From Botryllus schlosseri (lineage: Eukaryota): a DNA stretch of 64,000 bases. The DNA lies in the NCBI GenBank assembly GCA_051294905.1, contig CM119371.1:36458001-36522000 (forward strand). The letters are read 5' to 3'. The translations under genes and the position numbers were made by a program. Of the stretch, positions 1 through 12,000 are shown piece after piece; within the stretch, counting starts at the first letter, position 1; every line of letters begins with the position of its first letter. A model generated the notes under the pieces. That model was not told the DNA's origin. It searched no databases and saw nothing but the letters and a program-made list of their open reading frames with translations.

Positions 1-497
1 TTTGGCCGTGTATTTCACCATAATCGAAAATACTTTCCATGAAAAATCGAATAAGATGCATGAAAAATATGGACAAAAGTTGCACTATAAGATTCCTTAA
101 AACAGCATTCTACATTATCTTACGAGTATTTAAGAAGCTGCCGGAAGCTGTAAAAAAAGTTGCAAAAACTTGCCCTCAACTTGTTGATGAAAGAATTGAA
201 AAATATGAAATTCAGTCTAAATATGGAGAAACACGCGTGCATCAGAGGTCAATCGAACAAAGCGCGAAAAAAATTGCCAGGTTAACCGCTACTTCAGCCC
301 CCCCCCCAGGTTGAGAGCCAATGGTCTGCAAGAAATGAAGTCACCATTACGAGTACCGAGACAGCCATACAAATAGAGGTTGGAAGGCATTGTTTGCCTT
401 AAATTTAATACGGTCAAAACTAGAATGGAAATTTGAACAGACACACACAAAGAAAACATAACACTTCTTGCTGCCTGTTCGCGATCACGGAATTTAC

Positions 498-2548
498 CTT
501 CATTTTCGGGATTTCGTAGATCCTCTTGTCATCCGTAACTGTTCCGATGATGACGGCAGTTTTGGTATCGTTTCCGGGTTTCTTCATGTTACGCACCTGT
601 AAAAGAGAACTCGTCTCAGGCGAAGTCTCGAGGTCACGAGATGGAGCCTAGCCTCACGTAGCCTGGTACGACCAACACCGCATATTGGATTGGAAATAGA
701 GCTGGTCTTTTGAATATTAGATTGAATAGTATATTCATATTGAAATAAACCCGAATATTTTCGGCTGACACTCGTCAGCGCAACTAGTAGAGAATTGGAA
801 GGAATTTATGTGCCTTGTAGTCGACTTTTATCAAAATACACCAACCCTAACTCTGTCAACAAAAGGAGTTCGTGCACACCTGAAAATAGCACATTGAACG
901 CTGTCTCGTTCGAAACTTCATGCTGGTGACGTCATATTTTGTGATACGATTGTTGATAAACAATGCTATTTCCAATTCTCTGCTAGTTGCTGACGCTTAC
1001 CCCTGACGAGCGTCAGCCGAAAATATTCGGGTTCATTTCAATATGAATTTGAATATACTATTCAATCACGTATATTGAACTTCTGTCCCTCCAATTAGAT
1101 TAGATTAGAATGAAAATTAAAGATGCCGCAAAATAGTTCAATTCATATCAAATTATACTTCCTTCTCTAAAGCATGAGAATTCCATGTCCGCACATTTTG
1201 CACTGGCAATATACAGTTTTGCTGTGGCATTTTAGAGAAAACCACGAAACTGGATAGGAATTAGTACATAGAGACAATGTAACATATATATTAGAATTGG
1301 ATTACCAGCGTTTCGTTCTAGTTTGTCTATTATTGCTGTACTCAAAGACTTGGACTATTAGACGAGTTGTCTAATTTCACTAGACTAGAGCAAATTTTAT
1401 ATGTACTATGAACTTTAATTTAGTGGTTTTTTTTTCTTATTCGAAATTTCAACTAATATTCAAGTTTTTCTAAATTTAGTAATTTCAATTCCGATCTAAT
1501 TTCCAAACAAACTAGCTTCAATTTCAACTTAATATGGATAAATTGTGCAGCGCAAATTTTCCAATTTCAATCCAATTTAGAAAAAAAAACTTTAGATCCA
1601 GTCATAATCCAATTTGGAAAAGCTGAAATTGTTCTAGTTGGACAAGGCGCGCTGAACTGTATGAGGTCAATGAGGACAGTATTCATTTCATTGTAAGTCA
1701 CATGATGACAAAGTAAAGCATTGCTTACCACTCGAGCAATGGAAATGGGAGGTCGGTTGGTTCGGCTCATGAAAAGACGCCTCAAGACGACGCGGTTGAA
1801 CCCAGAGCTGGTTCGTCGAACAAGGAAGCGGTAAAGCTGTAAAATCAACAGATTGTGAAAATATTCCATACACATTAAAGATACCACTGTGAAAAATATA
1901 GAGATTAGAACATGATAGGTCTATGATAACTGGTGATTTTAGATACTCAACATATTGCGCAAAGCTCACTAACGGGCATACACTTGAACATAATTGGTAT
2001 CAATCTTGGGGCACAAAATATGTGGCTAATAATCACACAAAGCACAAATATATTATAAAGCTATATCTAGCTATATCTTGTCAAGATCTTCCTGAACATA
2101 AACATAACACTAATATACAATTGAATGGTAGGTTTATTCTGAAAGATATCCGAATATGTTCGGCTGACACTTGTAAGGGTTAATCTTTATCAATCATTTC
2201 GTGACAAAAATGACATTTACACACGGAAATGGGTTTATTTCAAGTATTTTGCTAGCTATTGTGCATCGTTAATAAATGCTTACCTTCACGAGAAGTTTAA
2301 GATAAATATCATTAGACTTGGGTGCAGTCCTTCTGGACTTGCGGTCCTTGTTATGGCGGATGTCGATACCCTGAAATAATACAGTATTATAGAGCGAAAC
2401 ACATCACAATTCTCCCCGCTGGATACTGCAAATCATACTTTACATCATCATCTACGTCTTAATTAAGAAATTACAGTATCTGGCTATTTGTGCGACCCGA
2501 TATTTCCAGATTAGATACAGATTTTTCTAAAGGAGCTACACTCACCAT
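498..2548 (-). CDS. RPL18: 60S ribosomal protein L18 (eL18), 5' part; remaining exons lie left of the window
   Basis: Exons 2546-2548 (ATG only), 2284-2370, 1729-1836 and 498-596, all GT-AG. They splice to [99 protein letters not shown], the recognisable eL18 N-terminus. Confidence 0.97.
715..1092 (+). mobile_element. Second truncated Penelope-like insertion (short inverted pLTR 715-804 + endonuclease tail/pLTR 805-1092)
   Basis: 805-1092 matches the element from about 14672 onward (TTTATCAAAATACACCAACC...GAGTTCGTG...). 715-804 is the reverse complement of the pLTR. Confidence 0.8.
999..1032 (+). ncRNA. Minimal type I hammerhead ribozyme, RPL18 intron 3 (antisense to RPL18)
   Basis: ACCC CTGACGA GCGTCAGCC GAAA ATATTC GGGT; core intact. 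Confidence 0.75.
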
Positions 2549-3086
2549 CGCGACCGACTAGAAGAGACAGATCTTGGTTACTCATGCATGAGCTCCACAT
2601 TTCAGTCCACGTGACACTAGGTGTCCCAAGACACCAGTTGTTCTCCTTCAAAACGACTATAAAATCGCATTTGTTGACTACTATTGGAAAAATACAGATA
2701 TTATTATTTAAAATGAAAGTCATAATGCATATCAAAAGAATCCCGAACTATGGAGAATCGCATTCGCAGAACTATATACTTCTGTATATTTATAATGTAA
2801 TACAATCTTTTTCCCAGAAAATACGAATTGAATCCTTCTTTTTGTACATTAATTTAATTTTCAATAAAATATCGAGCCATGTGGATTCGTTGAATATACT
2901 AAATCTTTACTCAACTAACTATATTGCACCAGTCCTGGTTCAGGTTCGCTGACGTTTTGGATCACTGCATTACCGGTACAGCAGATTCCGTTTCAAAACA
3001 AATCAGAGATTTGGGATTTCTTGCGAGTTGCGATTCGAGTTTCTCCGGCGACGTAGGTTGGAGTGAAATTTCTAATCATCTTCAAG
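2549..3086. promoter_or_regulatory. Divergent (bidirectional) promoter region RPL18/OFD1
   Basis: Only 538 bp separate the two outward-facing ATGs (2548 on -, 3087 on +). No repeat was recognised in it. Confidence 0.65.
2559..2570 (-). promoter_or_regulatory. Candidate TCT initiator / 5'TOP pyrimidine tract of RPL18
   Basis: Minus strand reads CTGTCTCTTCTA about 10-22 nt upstream of the ATG, as is typical of ribosomal protein gene starts. Confidence 0.6.
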
Positions 3087-6000
3087 ATGTCCAGGTCGAA
3101 GAAAAAAGACGGAATGTCGGCCGAAGAGCTGAAGAGCAAAATGTATCAATCATTGCAGTCGGCGGGAGTCTTGAATGATCTGCGAGTAAGTTAATCTGTG
3201 ACTGAACTTGAACATCCATTGATATTGATACCACCCATCAAATGAAGCGAGTGTCGCTGACTGAAGTTGGTAATTTTCTTACAAGTTGGTTAGTTTGATT
3301 GAAAGCACTTGATATGTCAAATCATATTCATATATATACTGTATATATATAAACTATATACTATATCCATTGCATTATTGCAATAAATACTTTTTCTGAC
3401 ATAAATAACATGTAGGCCTTTAATGACTGTATAATGGAACCAGCTGATGACTTGACGACCTAACGGTCTTATCGCTGATCACCATTTCACTGAAATAGTT
3501 TCCATTATACTACGTCATTTCCCTTAATTTTTGGAAATAACTTGTATTTGTCTTTCTGTTTTGTTTGTTAAAGCATTGAAACGCCTGCTGTTCTGAGTGT
3601 TTTCTCTAACTTATTAAATGACTTTATCAGAAGTCAAAATTCCTACCTCGACTTAATGAATATTTTAACCTCCAGGGCTATCTTCGACAAAGCGTAATCA
3701 ACGAACTGCGTGGTCGTTACAAAAAAGATGGCGGAAGACCGGACGATTCAGACGCTGAACTCTTTATTGGTTCAATGAAACGCAGTAGTAAGTTTGCTGG
3801 ATAATTTTCTGTTCTATAAAAATTCATGTTTTCGCAACCACTTCTGTTAAATGATCTTTGAAACCCGAATTAATTTTCGCATGCCTCTTTGTTACCATTA
3901 TCAAGAGACAAAGAGTTAATTGCGCAACACAGCTTAAGTGAGATATCATCATTCAATTCATAATCAAAACATAGGGCTTGAAAATTGTATATCAACAATT
4001 CTAAATTTCATGCCTATGACAGCATATTTGGTGATGTGATACTATTGTTTATACACAATATTCTTCCCAATTCTCTACTAGTTGCTGACAATTAGCCCCG
4101 AAGATCGTCAGCCAAATAGATTTGAGTTTTTTTTTTCAATATGAATATACTATGCAATTGTATATTGAAGTTCTGTACCTACAAGACGCTCTTCTAATAT
4201 AATATTTGTAACATTAGTATCCTGTGGGCCGGTTTAGATTCTTCCAACTGAATATAGTTATTATGCTTTTTAACCATTTTTCTTCATGTCGCGCTTCTAC
4301 AATTTTGTGATTCACAATGTTTTTCGAATGCTTTACATCTGATTGCATGCATATCGTGTATAATAGCAACAGGGTAATTTCGGATTTGATACTTAATTCA
4401 GTGACTTAATAGTGACTTTTTATTCAGACGGGTCGTCGTGGGAGCAAAGTGCAATCGACAATCTTGTGTATCAGCATTTGAAGCAATCGCGGTACATGTA
4501 CTCCCTCTCCGTGTTCCAACAAGAAAGTGGAGTGGATGGATATGATGTATGTGCATGCTGCAATACATAGGCGCCGACTTACGAGGTCACCATATTCACG
4601 AGGCGGCGGCCACCTCGTTCAAAATGCTCAAATGCCCAAGTGATTTGTGACCAGTAATTAGGAATCAGGCGAACCGATGCGACCTCGTTAAGTACGTCTT
4701 CGATTTCGATGCGCGCGTGTGTCAGGCGCGTAGCCACAGGGGTTTCGGGGTTCGAATCCCCCTGTTTGAAACGCGAAACCCCGTCATTTTGAAATGACCG
4801 TTCTAACTTTAATATTTAGTTGCAATTCAATAATTGTGTTATCAGTGTTCAGCGCCACCGATTTGCGAGAAGCAAGTTATTATAGTTTTGCCTGAAAAAG
4901 TAAAAGTGGTAGTAACTAAGTTTCTGCAAAATTCCCACTCGTGAAAGAGATCCAAGTTTATCCCAAATCTAATTTCTGCATTTCAGAATTCAATTAGCGA
5001 AAAAGTAAGTAGTTATCATTAAGGCAAAGCTTGCTTGAGTACTCTGAATGAGCGGAAGTGCTCCATTACTGACCGCATGTAGGTTACCGTGATAACATTA
5101 CCGAACCTCATTTTCAGGACTCTGTGACGGAAGATCTTCTGAGAAGACTGGGAGCAGCCCCGGATTTACTCGACCACAAAGCCAGGGAAAACGACGCCTC
5201 ATTTCGAGCACCGCATTCATCGACACCCGTCGCAAATGGCAATGGCGATCATAAATTGCTGATTTGGAAGATTCTATCGAGGATGTCGTCGCCGTTACAC
5301 GTCATGACGAAAATGGACGAAAAGGCAGAGAGATATTTGAAGCAGAGCGGGAGACAGATGTCGCTAGGTAGGCTAGGCGCAGACGTTATAAGTCTTCACA
5401 AAATATTTCCGCTTTTTCGCAATACCAATATAGATTTTGCCAACTTGCACTTACTTACTTTTCTGTTTTTACTACTTCGGATAATATGGCACCTATTTTT
5501 GAATTTATGAGGCAGGCCAAAATTACTCCAATTAATAGATCTCGTTGATATACAATGTTTTTTCCGGTTTTCGGCTAGTTGCTGATGATTACTCCTGACG
5601 AGTGTCAGCTGAAGGTATTCAGGTTTGCTTTAATATGAATCTATAATTCAACAGTTTATTATAGTAGGCTAGTCTTATTTAAATACCAGGGTTGTCATGA
5701 CTCGACTCGAGTCATTTTCTAAAAATACGAATCTGTTTATTGACTCGACTTGGACTCGAGTCATTGCGCATGATTTGGACCAAGTTACATGACTCGAGAG
5801 TCAGACGGCCAAGACCGACATTTCATTGTAATTTCGAAGAATAGTAAAGTAACCACACTATTGGGATTTTGTGATATTGGTACTGGTACTTGAAAAATTG
5901 GGCCAGAAACTGCTAAAAGCGAGGAAAATTATTATCTTATAAATGCGAAGCACTCGATATCACCAGAGTTATAAAAAGTGGGCTTAACAAGACTTTAACT

Positions 6001-9000
6001 GGAAACTAACCTCAATCAACACTATGACTGCGAGTGAGAGAAATTTCGATATTATGAATGCGAGCCATCCTATATCACTGCAGCAGAGTTGGAAAAAGTG
6101 GGTTGAACCAGATTGAACTCAAAACTGAACAGTGAACACAACACAATGACTCGAACTCGAGTCACGGACTCGGCCCCACTCACCGACTTAGACTTGACTC
6201 GGTGATGAATTGGAAATGACTCAGCTAAACTCGAGTTGAAACTATAAAAGTGAGATTGACATGAAACTTGGTTACAACCCTGTTCCATACTACTTGAAAT
6301 GTGGCTCCTTGAGTTATGTAGGGGGTCATAAAAATACTAACTAATGAGATTACCTGCAAATTATTGGAGTTCGCTCAAGTGTCGTGTATATATTTCGTTG
6401 TTGATTATTGTAACAAATAATATATATATATATTCGTTTTTCAGCTGAAAAACTGCAAGCTATAGACGAGGAAATGGACGGCACTCTGCGTCAGCGTAGG
6501 TACGACGACGTGGAGCAAAGGAAATCCGTGGTTTCGCTAGCGAGCGCGACTCGCAAGGCCGAAGAGGAGGCGGAAAAGAGTGCTCGAGCGTCGTTTGAGC
6601 AGTGGAAAAAGGTCGAGCTCGCCGCCGTGCGGGTTCAAGAGCAGGAGAAGTCTAGAGAGAAGGTGAAGTAATGTTTTTGGACTGATGTGCTGCGGTTTTC
6701 AAACTATAGTGTTGGCACGATTACTTAGTTTTTGAGTTGAAGATAGCATCAAGTAGAAACCAGTTTATGAGTAGATATTGATCCTTCTTGTTAGTGCGAT
6801 TATGAGAATCCCCAAAATGGCAATTTGAATTGGAAGTATAGCGCTAATACAGTGGTTATTACCTTTACCACCCTGACAACCCTTACGCTGTTGGCAAGCC
6901 TTCACAGAATCCCAGTTTTGGGCCTAATACATTGCTATATAACACTGGTGCACAAAAGAAAGTGCATCAACAACAGTGTTATATGAGCATAACCAAGGGT
7001 TGTGACGAAGTCACAAGGCTCCGAGTCACAAGTCTATCTCACTTTTATAGTTTTGACTCGAGTCTAGTCGAGTCATTTTCAATTCGCCACCGAATCAAGT
7101 CCAAGTCATCGAGCAGAGGGTCGAGTCCGAGTCATGGTATTATGACTCGAGTCCTAGTCCAAGTCATTATTTTAACTGCACTGTTTCCAGTTAAAGTCTT
7201 GTTAACCCACTTTTTATAGCTCCGTTCGGTGATATCAAATGGTTCGCAATTATAATATACTAATCTTTCTCAATTTTAGCAGTTTCTGGTCGCATTTTCA
7301 AGTACCAGCACCAACAGACGAAATCCCAATAGTGTGGCTGCTCTACTATTCTTCGAAATTTCAATGAAATGTCGGTCTTGGCCTTCCGAGTCTCGAGTCA
7401 TATGACTTGGTTCGAGTCATGCGCAATGACTCGAGTCCAAGTCGAGTCAATACACAAATTGACTCAAGTCGAGTCATCAGAAAATCGGGACTCGAGTTGA
7501 GTCATTACAGCCCTGGCAAACTATTAAGCCCGAGTCATAGTGTTGAGACTATATAGTACAAGTCCAGAACATTGTGTGCGGTGTACAGTTTCGTGTTCAG
7601 ATGACGTTCAACCCACTTTTTTACAACCCTGCGTAGGGGATATCGAATGCCTTGCATTTGAAGCATACTAATTCCGTCACCTGTAACAGTTTCTGCCTCT
7701 GTTTCTCAAGTACCAGTACTAATAGATAAAATACAAATAATGTGACTTTACTATTCTTGGAAGTTACAATGAAATGCTTGTCTTGGCCGTCCTAGTCGTG
7801 AGTCATGCACAATGACTCGAGTCGCATCATTTTACGCATTTCAAAATACGACTCGAGTCAAGTTTAGTCACCGAAACCCAGGGTTGTAATGACTCGAGTC
7901 ATTTTTTCAAAATACGGAAATGACTCGACACGACTCAATCTGTGTATTGACTCGATTCAGACGGTGAAAGACCGACATTTCATTGTAATTTCGAAGCCAA
8001 CACACTATTGGGATTTCGTTTGTTGGTACTGGTGCTTGAAAATGCGACCAGAAACTGCTAAAAGTGAGGAAAATTGATATATTATAAATGCGAACCATTC
8101 AATATCACCAAACAGAGTTAAAAAAGTGGGTTTAGGAAGACTTTAACTGGAAACTGAGCAGTCAACACAATGACTTGGACTCGGACTCGAGTCATAATAC
8201 CATGACTCGGACTCGATCCTCTGTTCGCTGACTTGGACTCGGACTTGACTCGGTGGGAATTGAAAATGACTCGACTTGACTCGAGTCAAAAATATAAAAG
8301 GGAGATGACTTGTGACTCGGAGCCTTGTGACTTGGCTACAACCCTGCCGAAACCGCTATGCCAGTAAATTACGCATGTGATTCCCAAGTTTTTCAATGCG
8401 ATACCCGATTGTTACTTTGCAGATCTTAGAGAGGACCAGGAAACTGGAAGACGACTTTGCGCAGAGAAGGGAAGCTCTGATCGCGAGAGAGAGAAACGCA
8501 ATCGACCGACTGAACAATCAGAAAGATGTACGTGAAACACCCCCTTCTCAAAACTGATACTCCTTTGGTAACGCCAATTCTATCACTGAAATATTTATCT
8601 CATCCGGTATGCAGCAATTCGTGGTATAGCACACAATGTTGCGGTGGCTTTTTTCCCGGTCTTTTTCTTTTTATATTCATATTGAAACGAACCCGAATAT
8701 TTTCGGCTGACACTCGTCTGGGTTAATCGTCAGCAACTAGTAGAGTATTGAAAAAACGTTGTTTATCAGCAATGTCATCACAAAATATGACGTCACCAGC
8801 ATGAAATTCGAATAATCGAGGAGAACGTATGACTTGAACTATTGCACTATTTCTATGTTATAATCTAAAATTGATACATTAAACTTATCTATTCGCCTCC
8901 ATCATTGGAAGATCCATTCCCATGTGACTGCACCATTGCTTAATGTTTATACACCATGTTATTTTCTACTTGGTGCTGATTACTTCTGATGAGTGTTAGC

Positions 9001-12000
9001 CGAACATATGTGAGTTTCTTTCAATACGAGTATATTATTCACTCGTAAATTCACCCTTTTTTCGTGACCATTGCGGTGTTCTGTTTAGTAGTCTGCTCAC
9101 TCACATGCATGGCTTAACTGCAACTTGATATTACGAATATACTTGTGTGTTTTGTCGCTAATTAAACGCTGTAAGCCTGGTGCATTACCTGACCTCTGTG
9201 TTTACGCGCAGTCGATGGAGAGAGACCTCCACCATCAACGGCAGACCCTCTTGCAAGAGCTGGAGCACATTCAGTTGAGGGAGAAGAGCTTGCAGGAGAG
9301 AGAGAGAATCTTGAAAGAGATGGTGGGTTTCAAATCACGTAGCTGATGCCTGTGTGTAGCACGCCGCATCGATGAGAGGTATTAGTGTCTAGTTGCGATA
9401 AAACAAGCCCTATAATTCTAAATGCAAAATACTAGAAATCCAGATGCGTTTTCCTTGATGATACTGACTAGGGCAACTTTTTGTAACTTTTCTCTGTTTT
9501 TCACGCCAATTTTTACTGCAACTTTTTAGCAAATATAGCGTTGAAATGTGGAGGAGAGAGTTAAAAACGTGCTATAATCTATTTCTAGCATGGTTCTATT
9601 ATCTTTGATTTGCATAACAATGAGCTATATGATGGGTTAGGTGCATCTGAATGTTATCTATGACACAATGGCTTGCAAGCAAGAAGCTCAACTACCCCTG
9701 CCAAACGCGACCGTGCCAGAACAATATGTTTATCGACCGCTATATTAATTCTGTCCTATACATTTGAGAAAGTTTCCCATTTCACGTAAACCCAGGCGGG
9801 TCCATCGAAAATTACATTTTCACTGGGTCGCTCTTTTCAGGCTATTGACGTTGTTTAAGTCGCTAAGACTGAGTTTTCCTTCAATGCCTAGGTTCAACTT
9901 TGCAGACCTAGGGGGTGGGGTGTGTTATTTGACTTGTTTTAGGCGAAGGGGTTATCGCTATGCTGTTTGGTTTCTGGGGTGGAATTATTCCTGCATTGCG
10001 TAATTTTCTTGCTGTGTACCGGAAAAAATGGAATTTTTGGCGGTCTCGCCTGTCGCCAGACCATCCGTTCAATGGCAAAGTAACAAATTGGACAGAGCAG
10101 GATTCATACTGTCACTGAAATGCTTGAATTTGATTTAGATAGAAGATTTGTCTCATCAATATTTCTTACTAACCGCTTCCGCATCATATTTTATTGTCAA
10201 ATTTGTTGCTAAACCCATGTAAAATTATTCTTAAAAACGGGCTTTCTTTGATGTCACTGAAAAACACTTTCATTTTCAACGAACGATCTCAAAATGATTC
10301 CGCCGAAATTTCGTGTACCGATATATTTTAGGAAATGATTAAGATTCGGGAATTGGACTTGATAAAAGCCGAGGCGTTGAGCGATCAGCTACGCAACGCC
10401 GGGGTCAAAGGTGACAGGAAGAACGCGGAGGACTCTGTGGTGTCGTCATGCGCCGAGTCGCTGCGTAAATCTCTGACTGGCAAAGAAAGTATGATATTGC
10501 TTTATGTGTTCCACCGTCAGGGTCATAACTAGAAAATTTTTAGCATTTTCAAGTTAGATTACAATTAGAATTATAGCTACAATGTATTTTTTGCAAATTT
10601 TATTATACTGTAATTTTCCATGCATAATGCGCAAAATTTTCACGAGTTTTTGCCCCAAAATAGGGGGGTGCGTATTATACATGGGTACAACAAGCCTTGA
10701 AAAAAATCTCCCTCGATAAAAAACTTGAAATCACACCCATCTTCATGTTTGTTTCCAATCGCGCATCACTTTCAGCCTTCGCGCGTAGTAATTCGTATTA
10801 TAGACTGTAACGCGCTGCCAATTAGTGGTAAGCGTGTTGCCAATTAACGTGCACAAGCACGCGATCTCCTGCTGAGTTGGTTTGCCGTTTGTACGCGAGC
10901 GAAATTAGGTCACTAATAGACACTCGAGTGTGGCAATTCTCGCCAATTCATCGGGTCAACGACAGGCCTGAACATATACAAGAGACCATGTGCGCAAGAT
11001 ATAATCGCCTGCGTAATCAGTCACATCTCCAACAGACCTGTTGTGCATGACATAACCGTTAGCCTAGGCGCAATCGCATCTGTAATAGGCATCGTGCGCA
11101 AGATGTCGGTTCGTTGGCCTAAACTAACTCGCCGCCGGCCTCGCAGGCTTTGGCTGCTATCTACTATCGTTTAGAGACAATGCCGTTAATTGTATAATGA
11201 TTAGCAATCGCATCTGTAAAAGGTCTCCTCGTGCTCAAGATGTATCGCGACACCCGCCTCGCAGGCTTTGGCTGCTATCTACTATCGTTTAAAGACAATC
11301 CCGTAATTGTATAATGATTAGTGATCGTCCTGTAATGATTGTTCAAGACTGACATCTCGGAACTATTCATGTACTGAATGTAGGGTGCGTACTATACATG
11401 GGTACAGGCTTTTTCCCAGAATTTACATGCTATTTTAGGAGTGCGTATTATACATGGGGGCGTACTATACTTTGAAAATTACGGTAGTATTATATCACCA
11501 ACATTTCGATCTAATTGGACCACTACAAATCTAGATGAACGCTTCCTCACTATTTAGAAGTGCCTTTGATGTATGATTACTTCAGGCCGTCAACTGGACC
11601 AAGTGTTGCAGGAGCTGGAAGTCCGGGCCAGCGAGTCGGCAATGCTCCGTTCTGAACTAGAAACCTTGAAGATGGAAATGAGGACTACAAAAGTGGGTGT
11701 TATGTCTTCTTGGTGGTACGATTGCTGACATACAATGTTCTTTCCAATTCTCTGCTAGTTGCTGACGATTACCCCTGACGAGTGTCAGTCAAAAATATTC
11801 GGGTTTATGCCAATATAAATATGTTATTCAATTGTACCTTCCTTGTTCTGTGTTGCAGTCTATTTCTAATAGGCGCGGATCTCCTATACACTATATACAG
11901 CTTTGTGAATAGGTGGTAAGGTGGATATACATTTTTAAGAGACTCTCGGAGGCACCGAACTTCAATATCCAATTGAATAGTATATTCATATTGGTATGAA

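Noticed and set aside
2371..2460. Intronic C/D snoRNA in RPL18 intron 1
   Set aside because: A C-box-like ATGATGA is present on the minus strand, but there is no downstream CTGA D box or terminal stem.
4724..4790. tRNA gene (GGTTCGAATCCC)
   Set aside because: No cloverleaf or A box; the context CAGGCGCGTAGCC...GGGGTTCGAA looks like a DNA-transposon end.
5687..8346. CRISPR-like array of GACTCGAGTC palindromes
   Set aside because: Eukaryotic context, irregular spacing, and the repeats are subterminal motifs of MITEs with TIRs and TSDs.
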